From Mesotaenium endlicherianum (taxonomy: Eukaryota), in NCBI GenBank assembly GCA_009602735.1, contig WELA01000694.1, positions 456,986-520,985 on the forward strand: a stretch of DNA of 64,000 bases, in the 5' to 3' direction. Below, one piece after another: positions 12,269-27,100 of this stretch (positions are counted from its first letter, which is position 1; each line of letters begins with the position of its first letter). Position numbers and translations under genes: made by a program. The notes beneath the pieces are model-generated. The model saw nothing but the letters and a program-made list of their open reading frames with translations. It was not told where the DNA came from and searched no databases.

Positions 12269-13774
12269 TCACCTCCATTTGTCATCTAATGTGGCCGTTA
12301 ATATGATGCACAAACAAAGCTCTCTCAAGCGAGTTCCTGCCGTTCTATCTCGTCCTCCACGCTCTGCATCTTCATGATTGGCTGCCCACGGGATCACCTC
12401 CCCTTCAGGAGGGTTGTCAATGCGCCTTTGCCATTCCTCATGAATGGCAAGGTTACACCTGACAAGAATTTGCATGTTATGCAAGATGCAGCAGCTCCTA
12501 AGCTGCTTTTCTAGAATTCCAGTTGCTGCTGAATGATTTACTCTACCTCCAAACATGTGCCACACACCCTTGAGGATCCCAAAAGCGCGCTCTATAACCA
12601 TGCGCGTAGATGACAAGCTAGTATTAAACAACTTCTGCTCGTCGCTAAGACACATATTGTTCTCTCTCTTGAATGGAACCAGTAACCAGTGGTCAGGTGC
12701 GTAGCCCCCATCAGCAACAATGTAGGGAGGGACAGGGTGGTCTTCCACAATAACAGAAGGACCCCTAAACAACCTCAAGTTTTGCCAGTTTTTCCTACTC
12801 AGCCAGGAACGCCTCAAGATGCGTTCATCATGCATGTTGCCAGCAGCACCTATGGCAACATCCAGAAACATGGCGTTGTGGCCTACGACTGCCTGCAAGC
12901 ATATGCTATAGTTAAAGTTTTTATCCCAATAAGAAGTAGGGTCTCCTTTAGCTGGCTTCTGGCACTCAATATGACTAACATCTAGGGCCCCCACACAATT
13001 GGGAAAGCTCCTGAAGCGACTCATTCCTTGTATGGCAGCCTGCAAAGGTTGGCCCATGAAAGGCATGCGTAGCAAGAAACCAAGCTCGTTGTTCATAGCC
13101 TTGTAGAACTTCTGGTCAATCTGGTAACAGGTCGTAACTCCTAGTCCAAAAAGTGATGACAGTTCCAGGTAGGTCATGCCAGATCCTAGCTTGGTAACAG
13201 CATACAGCACCATTGTAGGTACATCTATAGACCTGTTCAGGATGGAAGCAAAGCAGGGAGGAGGATGGGTACAAATGTATGGGGCTATGAGGCTCACTAT
13301 TATCATCCAGAACCGAACTTCAATGCGGAAAAGAGGCCGCCATTGTTCCGGATCCTGCGACGCAACGACCTCTTTGAGAGTGCGACTCCAGTGCGTAGTG
13401 CGTGGTCTAATGTACCATTGAGGGCCCTAAGCTTGCTGGAATAACAGCTGAATGCGTGCTTCTGTGAGGTCCGAGTCTAATTGCACAAGGGCGCTTTGAA
13501 AAACGGTACTGCCAGGGTATGTCAGAGGGAAATATAAGCGCTTGCCACTGGCAGAGGAGTGTACATCGAGGAGGTCAGTGAGGTGCTCCATGTCGTCGTC
13601 CGAATCAGGGGCATATGGAGTAAGCGATGTGTCCATAGGTTGGTCTACATCCGAATCACTGTCGGATTCGAACACCTCATGTATTGTTTGCCATGAGGCA
13701 TATGCAGCTACTACCAGATCGTCAACTAAACTGTCGTCTGAATTAGAGACAGAAGGCGAGTTTACACACGACAT
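12269..13774 (-). pseudogene. PIF/Harbinger (HARBI1-like, DDE_Tnp_4) transposase with one in-frame stop
   Basis: FPNCVGALDVSHI, YIVADGGY and FNTSLSSTRMVIERAFGILKGVW give the D-D-E triad. The same frame extends upstream through a TAG at 13427-13429 to an acidic N-terminus (ATG 13774). Confidence 0.9.
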
Positions 13775-15108
13775 CACATGGACTGTGAAGAAGAAGGAGC
13801 GGCCATGGACGAAGAGAGGAAGAAGAGTACAGAGAGAAGTGCACAGTGAGAAGTGCACAGAGGGGAAAGAGGGATATGAGAAAGCTAAGCCACAAGCGCT
13901 GCGCTTCGCTGTCGGAGACCTCTGAGCGACAGAAAGGGAGACGGTCGGCCTACAAGATGGTGAGGCTGGCAAGCGTTTAGGGCAGCGACCTACCCGTTTC
14001 CGAAATAATTTTACTGACCACGGCCAGTCGGTGCCTGTCGGTAGAGCTTTTTGAAAGACACGAAGCAATTTGCGTTTGTATTGAACATGTGCACCTTCGG
14101 ACAGCTTCGGAGCTCACAAGGTTTCTCCAAGTTCACGACGACAAAGCGCTTGCGTCAGAAAAATGATGTCATTGTCATCGAAGGTTTAGACATCAAAACT
14201 TCAGACTGCTCTCAATGCAAATGCGTTGTAAGAGAAGTAGAAGGGTGACATGTCTAGTTCTGCGTAATTGGTGAACGCTGCACGTCGGGGTAATCCCAAC
14301 GCCCGACGTTCTTCACTCACTTCAAGTTCCTAAAAATTTGGCGAGCTTGATATGCATTCTGAGCGCCCGGTTGACGGATCTGATGAATTGTCGTATTTGA
14401 ATGAGTAATTGTGCTACCGGTAACGAATTGGTTCACTGTCGTGTCATGTGATACAGCTGGAAACTATTCATGTCTTTAGACTATCTTTAGATTCTGTCAG
14501 GTGCTATTCAGGTATTTCAGCGGTCTACGGAGGTGGTCAGCAAAAGCAAAGGGTCGTGCAATAATTTTCGTGCATGCGGTCTGCCGCTCGGGAGCCCGGC
14601 CTTCAGGAATCCGAACAACTATAGTATACGCGAATTAATCCTAATTAGTCGTCGCCTCGCGTCGGTGTTTTCGCCTCGCATATTTTAAGGCAGCTCTCAT
14701 TAACCAGCACGGAAATTTGTTTGAAGTCGAGTATGAGTTCTGAAAAATATTGTAGCTATGGGTATTTTCAAAAATAAGCTAAGGTATCCACCACTTTAGA
14801 TTTCATATTGAGACAGCTTTCGCCGAGAAGATTTGTTCATTGAATCATATCGCAGTACATGGTAATCTTCTGCTGCTCACCTGTTACATACTTCCCAACC
14901 TATGTCATGGCTACCAAGAACCTGCGCCGTACCCAGGTGTACCGGCTGTCCTGAAGTCTCCTGTAATTTCGTTTGTTCCCGATGAGTAATTTACGCGGTT
15001 TATCCTCGTCTAATTTGTTGTGGCAGTTTTTGCAGCAGAGGCTTGTTCTTCGAAGCAGACTAGCGTCCTGGAAGTCAACAGAAAGTTGTCCGAAGTGGCC
15101 CAAATGGG

Positions 15109-15177
15109 TCTGGACTGGTCAGGGACTCTGGAGTCTGGACTCTGGACTCTGGACGCTGGAGTCTGGACTCCGGAATC
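15109..15177 (+). repeat. 7-bp tandem repeat (CTGGACT/CTGGAGT)
   Basis: ggactctggagtctggactctggactctggacgctggagtctggactccgga. Confidence 0.8.
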
Positions 15178-16292
15178 CGAAGCAGGCTTCGAGGAGTCCC
15201 ACCTGGTCCTATAGGGTCACCCGAGGACGGAAACTGACAAGCTGCTTGCGCACCCTATCAGCGGAATGCAGCTGCTCGCGGTCTGGTGTGTCGTGCAGTG
15301 CCTTCACTCGTGGGTAAGTCGAAGGAGCCTGCTTTGTTTTACACAGCACTGCACACCATACACCACACAGCACACAGCACACAGCTCAGTGCTGTACACC
15401 GTGAGAAGCAATCTGTGAAGCAAATCGATGCTTATTGGGTATGTTCGTGGTAGACCATGTTTTAAAACGTGCAAATTCGAATTGTCGTTGTTCGCAGGTG
15501 CATGGTTCAGTTGAAAGCTGGTTGAAAGTAAACTTTTGGCTTCAATACCACGTTGCACGGGACGTTTAGGATTGTCAGGGTGATGCTATATACATAAGCT
15601 GGACGGCACAGGTCCACCCTGGAAAACTGTGAAACAGTACGTGGAGGGGCGGTTGCCTGTGGCGTGTCCACACTTGCACAATCGTCACTGTGGATTCCCA
15701 ACTTTCATGCAACTTGGTTTGAGAGGGTCAGCTGGGACATTCAGCTCGTACAAAAGAGGTTACTAGCAACAATATTGAAACGTCGTAAACAATCTGAGAG
15801 GTTTTGAAGGAAAACGATAAGTAGAGTTGGCACACCTGGAAGCCATTTAAGAAACCTATTCCATTGCCTCAGAAGTAAGAAAAAAAAACTCGCGAAGCAT
15901 CTTATATAGCGGTGAAGAAGAAAGGGCTCTGGTGGTAGAAGGAGGGCGACATGGCGCAGAACGTAAGGACCAAGCTCGCTCTCTAATCCCTTTTCGTTGT
16001 CGGAGGGATTCGTTGTTGCCAAATTTACCCCAGACCCAGAGAAGGAACCGCATAGGCTGCCTTTGCGTTTGTCTGTCTTGCATTCAGACACACTATGTTG
16101 CCTACAGACCAGGATAAAAGAGGTGTTTTAGGCACGTCACAGGCTACAACACAAAACCCACAAACCATTAAGTTGATAGTAGAATAGGTCACATTTAGAC
16201 TTGCATCTGACCCAATTAAGAATATGTTCTGCGACCCAAAGCCCCCTAACTCTGCTTTCCTGACCTATCATTTCCATTTTCTTGCTTCACAA

Positions 16293-19200
16293 ATGGTGCA
16301 GGCTATACGTGTACTTGCGCTCGCCGCTTTTGTGGCGGTTGCTGCTGCGAGCGTGTGGGAGCCCTCCAGGGCTGGTTCGAACGTGTATGGCATCGACTAC
16401 TATGACGAGGACCCCGAGTGGTTCGAGGAGCACGCGGAGGCCGTGAGCAGCCACAGGGTGCTGGAGGAGAGGATCGCCAGCCACAACGAGAGGCGTATCT
16501 TGGCTGGACTGGACGGCCCCCCCCTCACCATGCCCAACAGTAGGCTTACTCTCTGTGTACCCTTCACTTGCTTGCTGGATTTCTTCGGAGTGCAATAAGG
16601 CCGGCCTGGTGGAGCCCCTCATGGCTTTGTATGTGCTTGCCCCGCTTTCTCTTCGTTCGTATCGCACCCGATGCAGCAGGACGCGTCACGCTTCTATGCT
16701 GACTCAGCGCTTTCTAGGCTTCTAGCAATGCTTTCTTCGTGTACTTGCATGGCCGCTCAGGACACAGTTCTTGCGTTGTCCAGTCCACGACGCCCTTGGC
16801 AGCTTGTCTCATCCGATCAACAGCATTTCTGAGACCTGCACCCACAATACGTTTGTTTCTGTTTGGCCTGCCAGGCACACTGCTGACCCACTGCTCACTA
16901 TCACTATCTGTCGGGTGTTGCCGTGTCTTGCCCAACCAACAGCTGCTGGGCCCTGCTCTGCCAATGTGATCTCCATGCAAGCCTCGACTCTGGCCGAGCT
17001 CAATGCGCGCGTCACGTACCCGCCCACGCAGACCGTGTGGGTCACCCTCACGGTCAGTGCTCATCGCCTGCCTGCACCTGCTTCCCAGTCTTGCCTTTGC
17101 ATGCATGCACTGTGATGCTCGTTGTCCTCGACCACAGGTATGCCTGTCCATACATTCTGGCCATACACGCCCATCCCCCGCGAGCCATTTTCGCGCAGAG
17201 GAGGAGGCGTGAACCTTCTGACTCGGCGTGGCCCTTCTGACTCGGCTCGCTGACTTTGGCTTTCGCCTGCTGCTGAGGCTGCCATGCATGCAACTGACTG
17301 CTGCCACGCTTTACTGTGGATATGCTCCACGATGGCTGGACCGCTGGATCGCTGCATGCTGACAGCGTGCTGTCGCTTGTGGATTTGTTGGTGTTCTCCA
17401 GAGCGACATTGTGGTGACTGCCTCGCTCGTGTTCGGCAAGAACTTCTCGTGCACAGTTGTCCAGTCCGCATACCCCGTAAGTTCGCCGCCCTCACCATGT
17501 ATTATTGTTCTTCAGTCGGGAGGTGGTCAATCTGATGCCAGACTGGCCTGAGCAACTCTTCCATGCAGAGCTCTCACTCCATGCCTGCTTGTGGGGCCTA
17601 CCATTTCGAAAGGTGCTCGTGAATGCACTGTCTGTTGTATACCACTATGCCTTGTCTTGCATGAATCATAGGCATGAGGACCATGTGTCATGCTTGTGTG
17701 ATTGCAACCTCCTCTTTCAATACATCTAATCTGTGCTCTGTTGCTTGTTTGTGCATCCATTTATCCAGACTGGCAGCACCATCTCCGCCCTCACAGACAC
17801 GTTCCCCCCCCTCGTCATCAAGGGAGCCAACAACATCCTCACCATCGGAATCAACGTCAACATTCCAGTTGGCAGTAAGTAGCAGCCTCTGTTCCCTGTG
17901 TCCTAATGCAGCTGCCCCTTGAGCACCTCCTCTAGCTATCTGCTCTTCCGCTCCGTGTGCGTAATCCCCCTCTCGTTGACAGACTGCTGTGCTGTTGCCC
18001 CGGCCCTCGGCCCTTTCCTTCCCACCCCCTCCCTTCTCTCGCCAGCACGTCTCCCCTGCCCTCCTGATAGTCTCCCTTGGTGTGATTGCAACAGGCACGT
18101 CTGGTTTCTGCAACATGAAGCCGTACGGCAAGGAGGTGCCTACCGACTTTGGAGGCACCAGGTTCATCTGCCCTGCCATCTTCGTCGACTGGTCGTGGGG
18201 CATCCAGATTACCCAGGTGAGCAGAACAGGCCCCCCTCGCCAGTCCACCTGTCCACTCAGCGTAGCTTTTGCCGCCTGCCTGCCTGCCTCTGCGGCCTCC
18301 AGCCCCTCACCTTTCACTTTCCTCTATTTTTCTCGTTGATTACATATATCTGTTCATGTGCAACATTTGTCCATGTGTTTGCAATGCGAGTGCGTTTTTT
18401 AATCTCATGCAAGCTTGGAAGCCTGCAGGGTGCTCTTAGCAACGGCAGTGCGCTTCTTCCTGGCTTTTCTGAACCTGTCGCGTGTGATCACGGTGGGGTT
18501 GCGCAGGCCACTGTGTACGGGCGCATCGATTTGACCAACATCAACAACACCGTCATTGACTCCTTGAACATGAACACCTACTTTGTGAGTTTTCCTAGAC
18601 GCCCCTTGCCCTTGACCCTATAAATCCCGTCCGCTGGCCTGCTGATGCAGTTCCATGTCATCGTATTATTTTTTATTATGTTAGGTAATTGTGAGTTGTT
18701 GTCGTGCTCTTGACTCTCACGACGCCAGAGCTCTGCATGCAGTACTGCTAAGCCCTTCAGCTTCCTTGAGGGCTGGATGTTGAGCGCCCTGCCCTGCCTT
18801 GCCCGACTGTAGTCACGACGTGTAGCACCTCACGACTGACGATATGACGATGTGCCTTTTTGCTGCTGCTGCTGCTGCTGCTGCTGCTTGTTATGACACA
18901 GTGGGACAATGCCACCATCCGCGTCATGAACACGGGCGACTCTCCCCTGCTTATTGGAGGCAACGTGTCGGTCACCAACAACAACATCACGGGTGCGTGG
19001 GTGGGAGTCATGGTGTACAACCACGCAGCCGGCGTGCTCGTCGCCAACAACTACATCTCGCGATTCTATCAGAACGGCATCCAGCTCGGTCAGGGCGTGC
19101 ACTTCGTCGGCGACGCCATGCTCAACACCGTCGTCAAGTACGCTCACTCTCCCTCCCTCACGTGCCTCCCAGACGTCTCTCTCGATTCACGCAGTACCGT

Positions 19201-21399
19201 ATGTGTCCTCTATCTGTAGCCCCTTGCGCGCTTCCTTCCATGCATCCGCCTCGGCTTGCCACCGCCGCACACTGTCTATAGAGTGCTGTCTATTGTGCCT
19301 GGTGTTAGTCCTACTTGCACCTTGACGTGTGTGTGCCTTCTACAGCATCCAGCCAGTGCATCCGGTGCAGCCTTGCAGCTAGTAGGCGGGCGTGGAGCGT
19401 ATTCTGACATCTGTTACCTTGTGTGAAACCTGGCAGCAACTACGTCATCACGCTGCCCACAGACATCAAGATGCCGGACAACGCGGGCATTTACTTCGAC
19501 CTGCACTGGGTGAACCCCGGCAACTACCTGTCGGGCAACTACATCCTCGGCGGAGAGCACTGCTACTACCTCGACTACGCCAGCTCCTTCATCACCATCA
19601 ACGGCGGCGTCTGCTACTATGTAAGCCTTTGCCTTCTCCCCCTCACTTGCTGTTACTGTTGCTTTCATACTTCAGAGTCAGTCTATGCGGTCACCACTAC
19701 TCAGCCAAAAGGTTGGACGATCACTGTCCCCAGTCCCGTCCTTCTCTGCTGCCATTGGACAAATGATAGACCAGGCTGACAGGATACTCCCAGCGTTTTT
19801 CTCGAGTCTGGTGTTTTTCGTGGTCCTTTCCTCCCGAATGCCTTGTCACTTTTCCCTCACATATCATCCCCTTGTGCTGCCTGCAGAACAAGGACGGAGT
19901 CAAGATCAACACCGGCCACGGCAACAACGTGACAGACATGCTGGTGGTGACGCCTCAGTCCCGCTCCGGCTGGATCAGCGCCCAGAACTACTACATCAAC
20001 AACTGCGCCCTCTGCCCCGGCTGCTACTGGGAGAAGGTCCGCCGTATGATATTCAACACCCCCATCTTCACAGCTGTAAGTCCTCGTTGCTTTCAAGCCC
20101 TTTCCCCCTCCTCTCCCCTCCCCCTGTCTTTCGCTCTCGATCTCCATCCTGTACCTTATCTGGTTCTACCTTTTTCATAGTACTTCTGGGCCCTTCTGCG
20201 TGGTTGACCTTACAAAGGGTTCCTTTGTTTCCGGTTGTTTTGTGCAGACCTTCCCCTATCTGAACGACTGGTGCTCCAGGACTCAGGTGTCCGGAGTGAC
20301 CTGCAACCCCGCCAGCGGAGTCACAGCTGACGTCACGGGAGCATGCAGTGGAATCCCCACCAACAACGTCCTCATGACATACGTCATCGACCCCAAGAAG
20401 GGCACCAACTACCCGTGAGTGTGCCCCCCTGGCCCCCCCGGCGCCGCCTCTGCGGCTACTCCTGTTGCCGCTGCTCCTATATTACGCCGCCGCAGGTGGC
20501 ACAGCTGCAGCTGCTACTGCTGCTGCAAGTGTTGGTGCTGCTGCTGGTGGTGGTGCATGAGCTGGCCAGTGCACCACCCAACTTTCCACGCTGGGTGCCC
20601 CTTCCCTTCTTTCATCCTTCTTCCGAAGCTCACCTGCTCTTCTCCTCTCGCATGCTTGCGCAGACTGGCGTACTTGAGCATCACGGGCGTTCCTGCGGTG
20701 CCAGACCTCAACTCCATGGCCTTCTCCGCCATGAACTCCACGGGCCTGGGCTTCAACAACCCCCAGGGCCTGGACTACGGCCTCAGCAGCGGATCGTCGC
20801 CCCTGCTGGCCAAGGAGCCCTCCTTCACGGCCGTCGCCATCGCCAAGGTGGGCCCGCAGCCGGTGCCCCTGACCCAGTACTACAGCTACTTCAACCAGCC
20901 CAGCCCCGTGTGGGCCAAGGTGTACACGTGGCCGCCCGTGGACTGCAACGTGCCGGCGGCGACGACCGGCACGAACTCGCTGAGCTCGTTCGCCGCCTTC
21001 TTCGGCAAGCCGCAGAAGAACCCCGCCACCGACCGCTCCAGCATGGACCCCACGATGAACAACATCAAGAACCTCGGCGCGCAGCTCCAGTTCGAGGCTG
21101 CCACCTTCCGGTCCTCGGGCCGCGCGCCCGTCAACGCGGACGTCACGGAGATCAAGGCGGACGGCAGCTTGAAGGCGGCCGGCGACGACGCGGCTGCCGC
21201 CCCGCCGCCCGCTCCCTCGGGCCCCCGTCGCCGCCGCCACCGCCGCCACCGCGCCCACAGGCCCCACCGCGCCCAGAGGATCCGCAGGGGAGGAGCCACT
21301 TTGACCAAGCTTACACAGGTCTCCAAGGCCACCGAGGCCACCAGTGTGGGCCTTTCGCCTCTTGCTGCCCTGGCAGCCATGGCCCGCCACGAGCCGTAG
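16293..21399 (+). CDS. Secreted right-handed parallel beta-helix (pectin lyase-like fold) protein, 10 exons
   Basis: Phase-consistent GT-AG exons: 16293-16539, 16943-17052, 17769-17874, 18095-18216, 18507-18584, 18902-19137, 19437-19620, 19887-20075, 20248-20414, 20664-21399. Signal peptide MVQAIRVLALAAFVAVAAA. Asn-ladder repeats (VSVTNNNITG, VLVANNYISR, NYLSGNYILG, YYLDYASSFITING). Strong C/G third-position bias. Confidence 0.85.
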
Positions 21400-24131
21400 A
21401 GGCCTTCTGAGATATCTGGCTGAGGCCTTCTGGGATAGACCCGCTCAAGCAGGCAGGCAGGCAGGCAGGCAGGCTGGGGCACTTCAAAAGGAGATGCTGA
21501 GAAGCCAGAGCACTTCACTTCACTTGTACCAGTATTAATCCAGGTTTACAACACATCGCGCGGGGGGGAATGAGAGAAGCCAGAGGTTGTCTCGAAGAGC
21601 TAACGAGGCCTCTGATTTTTCGAGTAGTTTTTTCTTGAGTTTTGCATTGGGGGATAGCCAAGCCAATCCCTTTGTAGGTAATGGTGGGTAAAGTAGTTGA
21701 TGGATAATTGTCGCATCTGACGATCCAAGGTTGAGACATTTTAGTGTCCTCGTGACAGGTGTGTCGGGGTTGGTCAATTTATATTCATTCTTTTATTCAC
21801 TTCTTTCCTGCCACGGCCAGCAGGTACTCCGCACACGTAGCTACATTCTCAGAATCACATCTGTAGAGACTGTCACCATTTCAGTGACAGCCGGCACACC
21901 CTACAGGGCAGGCACTTGGGAGCAGTGCAGAGCTATGGTACACCTATTCCATTCATTTGATAAACATTTGACATCTCTCTCTCTAGCAATTTTGCCGGGG
22001 ATTGACTGTGTATAGTAAAAGCTCTGTGCTTTGGGTGACATTTAGCGACCGGTTTTTGTTGGTGCACTTTTGAAGGTGTCTGTACTTATTATCCTTCAAT
22101 GATCAGTTTCTTTCTCTTTGTGTCCCGAGTTGCTTTCTGTTTCAGCCAGCTATGGTTGGTGAGGGTTATTTGCTTCGCAACTTTTAGTGCTAAAGCTAAT
22201 GTCATGCACCCTGTAATCTTCACACTTATGATGAGAGCCCATGTTTGGTGTAGTCATGTACCTTGCTTGCATGCTGGTGGAAATGAGAAACACCAGGGAC
22301 TTTGATAATCAGGGTGTTGAACAAGTGTGACGAGTTGGACTCTCTGTTTTTGTGGATGTTTGCATGGAAAGAGTAGAACTTAAGATGCTTGAAAGAATGG
22401 AAGAACCCCTGAATTGGAACCTGCTTGGGCTGAAGAGCATAGACTTATGCGTACAAGTTCTAGGGACTCCTCGCGATTGCTAAGCACAACATACAAGAAT
22501 TACATTCAGAGTGGACTACTTTCTTCAGCACTAGTCCTTGAAACCATCCACATTTGGAATAGGAGTAGCGCTTGAGCTTCCCGTGATGGCAGTAATTGTT
22601 TCAAAAAGGCAAGAAAAGCATGACTTTTGAACAGAGGATGGTCTGTGCACAGGACTGCTTTAATGAAAATTTCAATTCTGCAAAAGAGTGTACACATTGT
22701 ATATGGAGTAGCATAGCTATACATCTGAACATTTGTACATTTGTGTGCATGCATGTTCACATGAATGTGTTTGCATAACCGCAAGTTTTCACAGAAGTTC
22801 ATGTTTCTCATGAGAATAATTACGAATCATCACTCTCATCTGATGCTAATGAACACGTAGTCATGTTCAATAACACATGCATTTCAAGAAGGCTAGTTGC
22901 TTGTTCAAGATGTGTCATGTTTTTAAGATAATGCACTTTGTTCTCAACCTTGGACAGTGAAAGCGTTAGAAAGGGTTTAAGAAGCTGAACAAATCTGGAC
23001 AAGCGATATCGGCCTTGTTTATTATTTGACCAGCGACAGCCCATGCACACGTAAAATTCAACATCTAGAGTTACTTTCAGCATCTTGGTAGCCATACATA
23101 ACTCTTACCCAGTGGCAGCTCCTCGCTTATTGTCTTACACACCTCAAAGAAGTACTGCACCATTTTGATGTCCAAAATGCTTGGTGGATGCTTGGGATTA
23201 GAGTAAGTCGGGCACTGTGCAGAAGTGACTTGTTTGCACCTCTCATCAAGGTCGCATTTTGTTGAAGGCTAGAAAGTGCAACTTCCTGAAACTTCTGCAG
23301 GCGAGGCTCAAGTCTTCATAACTTGAATCGAGACAAGCGTTGATAATCTCAGCAGATACATACGGGTAACTTTGAATGTTTAGAATTCCATTAGACTGCA
23401 AGCCATCCCCCCAGCTTCTGCCGTACAAGAAGAAAATAGTGAGAGTTAATGCCATACATGCCGTATGGACGCAACTCCCAACATTTTCTTGCCAGGCTTA
23501 TACAAGCTTCGATATCCCCACAACTTATATGGCCGTAGGTCTCTTTCTGCGGCTCAACCTAGACGACTCAAGAGAACATTATCGACATCTAAGTAGGGAG
23601 TATCTATGTAAAATAATGCTTTACACCACTGCCATACGAAGACCCTGGTAAAGTACACAATCTTTCTTACTCACCAGGATCAAGAATGATGCACCACCTT
23701 AGGCCCAGACATTGGAAACTGAGGTCCACCAAGTTGCTCTTACCGAGCACCATACAGTTACCACCCTACCTTCCACTGACTGGGCCAACCCTTCACGTTC
23801 TTGCACATTGCTCCACCCTCCGGATTGTAAATGCTCTACTCACCTACATGCTTTCTGCTCTGAGGACTAACTCCTAATTTGGGTCGTATAAAGGACACCT
23901 ACTCTGCCCAGCTTTGCTGAGCAATAAATATAGCACACGTCACCCCCCAATAATTAACTCCTCAGGCATTTTCGCCTGGAAGCTCCTTGTCAACGCCGTC
24001 AAGCCATGGAGGGTGACCAGGTCAATCAGAGTTGACTGTTACCAACCGCGGCTGCCCAGGTTGACCAATGCCTCTCTGTGGACATTGGGCCTTGCCTAGG
24101 GGCAGCTAGGGGTAAACAGGGGTGAACATGG

Positions 24132-27100
24132 TCATATCCCACTCCACCTCCATGTGTCCCCAAGAATAGCAAGCTTGGTAGGCTCGTCAGGCTCGCATTT
24201 GTCAACCCACCGGTTAGCCGGCCACCCATCGGCGTTCCTGGACTGCATGTAGATGGTCATAGGCTTCATGGCATAGAAGGCTGCCGTCTTGGAGAACCCG
24301 GACTCGGTGATGACAAAAAGGTCGCAGTGTGAGAGGAGCGACCACTCCGCCACTGACGACTGGATGGCCTGGACCCTCAGGCTGTCATCTCCTATGAGCT
24401 GATTGTGCAGGGGCTCGATGTCTGTTGTCATAATCTGCGAGGGAGGGGAGGGAGGAACAGAAGAAACAAAGAGAGACAAAAGGCGCTTGAGTTCCACTTC
24501 GTGACAACAGGCAGGCATGGCTAGCTAGCGACAATGGCGAGAGGGACTCACATCGCAGGCAAGAGAATGTTCTTCTTGCCCATCATTAATCAGGTTGGCT
24601 GGCACACAGTGCATGGCTCTCCAAAGCCAGGGCAAAACATATAGAATGCGTCATTGCCGTGAACGTGTCCCACCCACAAGTCAAGACCAGCAGAAACCTT
24701 TATTTCGTAAAATTCTTGTTACTGTAAAGCTTGTGTGATGCTGTCTTCCGCTCATTCGTCTACCAATGGTATAACTTGCGGCTGGGGCTCCAGCAAGAGC
24801 TGAGGAAGACGCACAAGCAGTTGCACACTCCGTAAGTAGCTCAATATACAGAAAGCCACACTTGAATGCGTGAGCGCGGGCACGAATGCGTACCTTGTCC
24901 CCATAGGCCTCCTTGGCGGCCTGCTTCAAGTGGCTGGAGCTGCTGGTGAGGAGCCACACCACCTTCTGAGAAGGGGGGAACCAGAAGTCGGTCAACTTCT
25001 GCACGCGCGCAACGTTGGGAGACAACACAAGCACAAGGACATCGGTCAGTGCATGGTTGCAGAAGATCAGACTCCCTAGGGATTGTTGTGAGTTTGGGTC
25101 GAAGTAGCTGACCAGCGACTCTGAAATTGAAGCCGGCCACATTGCAGCCGGACAGACTGTGCATGTTTGGGGGCATTAAAACTAGGGACTCAGTCTCAGT
25201 CTGCCCCAAGCACTCCAGCTGCGAGAGTCTGGACCCGGCCTCTGGTGAGCGGAAGACTTCAAAAATGCGACACGGGTCCGGGTGCTCAAAATGGCCTCGG
25301 CAGACGTCCTCTGACACACCTCAGCAGGAGGTTTCGAGCGATCAGAGCCCAGGCTAATGGAAGACCCACATTCCCCCAAAAAATGAAGTTTCTACTGTGA
25401 GGCCAGCCACATCGTGTGCGCAAAGCTGCGCAGGCAAAGAAGGACACAACACGAGCACAGTGTATGTGCTGTGCCTCTCACCGTAGCGCAGTTGAAGAGC
25501 TTCTCGGTGCCTTGCATGAGCTGCTCCTGCGCCTCCACGACAGCTGTCTTGTTCGCCTTGTCCACCCACGAGAACTTGTCGCCCGCCCTGGCATGGATGC
25601 AGATGCTGGAGGTCTTGGGGGCCTCCAGCTGCTTAATGTAGGGCTCCACCATCTGTCGGACCTCGGGCTTTAGCCTGCAGGGTGGTCAAGCGTTGCTTAC
25701 GCCGTCAGTCGGGGGAAAAGAAAGCAGCTGGTGCCAATGCCTGAGGGGCGCATGCCTGCCAAGTTTTGTTTATTTCTGATGCTGCTGTGAGGGGGTTCAT
25801 GCAGACTGGGGGGGTCGGAAAAACATGCACTCGTGACAGGAAGGTCAGCACTCATAGCAGGAAGGTTGGCGCAAGCATTTCTGTCGAGCTGTCGACCAAG
25901 CTATCGTAAGGCCGTCGCATGGCCAGCCCCATGGCTGCCATGCAACACACCATTTTGTGCCACACTCTTTTGCATCCCACATGGGGACCAGATATAGCAT
26001 GGTGTGGAAAGATGCAGATGGCAGGTTCATTTATGTGACAGCCCGACATGCAATGTCAAATCTCTTGCTCTTGCGGATGCAAGACGCATCAACATATCTG
26101 CATGCCTTTTCATACAACGACACCACGTCCATGCCCTTCCACGCAAGGACACCACCACGGGACTGGCGCCAGGCTATGCACGCTCACAAGAGCCCCCCCA
26201 GAGATCCACAATCCTGACCCTTCTCTTACCGCATGAGAAAGCGCAGCAGGCAGCCGAAGGCGTAGGGCTGCTTGAGCCCCATCTCGGCCAGCTTGTCCTT
26301 CCAAGGTCCGCTCTCCGTCAGCAGCTTGGTGGTGATGCCCCTGTTCCAGTTCACCAGGATGTTGCCGGCGACGTCGAGCATCTCGAACCCAGCCTGGATC
26401 GTATTCTTGCCCTTGGGCACCTTGTCGTGGAGGTTGAGCAGGATGATGTCCTGGGGCTTGTAGGGGCGGTACACACCGAGCCGCCCGAGCCGGCGGTTGG
26501 CCTTAAGCTTCACGTCGGGCGAGAGGCGCCAGTCGATCGCGTTGGGCTCGAAGACGCTGTCGGCATAGGGCCAGTTCACGACGAAGGCGCGCTTGGTGAG
26601 GATGCTGACGAGGAACGTCGACACCATGCCCAGCAGGATGTCGCCCACACCGCCGCAGTCCTGGAACTTGGGGTCGCACGAGAACGTGAGGAAGCGCTGC
26701 GTGCCCGTGGCCTTGCTGTCGGCTCGCAGCGACTCCTGGAGCTTGGTGTACTCTTGCTGCCAGCTGCCGCAGACCTCGCTCATGTGGATGTCCTCGTTGC
26801 TGTCGGCGTCGAGGCCGTCAAACGGGTGCCGCTTCCACTTCGGCTTCGCATCCTGCACTCTCTCACGACAGAGCAATGTTTAGTGGGGGTCCGTCGCAGC
26901 AGAACCCACATGCAGGCCTTTATATTGCTTAAGGATGGAGACATTCCATGTGACTCTGATGAATGGCTCCAAGAACAAAACTTGCATGCATGTGTCTTGT
27001 GTGCGGGGTTTCATCTGACATGTTATGTGTGAGGGATCATGGGGTAGGGATGCTTAGTGTGCAGTGGAGGGGCGATATGATGTGTACCTGCACATCTGCT

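Larger units (their letters stand above)
5686..13774. mobile_element. PIF/Harbinger DNA transposon (decayed; termini not identified)
   Basis: Convergent Myb/trihelix gene and Harbinger DDE transposase, the standard two-gene Harbinger set. Confidence 0.7.

Noticed and set aside
4640..14900. Harbinger TIRs with TAA/TTA TSD
   Set aside because: No convincing inverted pair found by eye.
20482..21390. 302-aa antisense ORF
   Set aside because: Shadow of a GC3-rich exon on the + strand.
22100..23900. Possible decayed retroelement between the two host genes
   Set aside because: Only vague similarity; no supportable motif, LTR or TSD.
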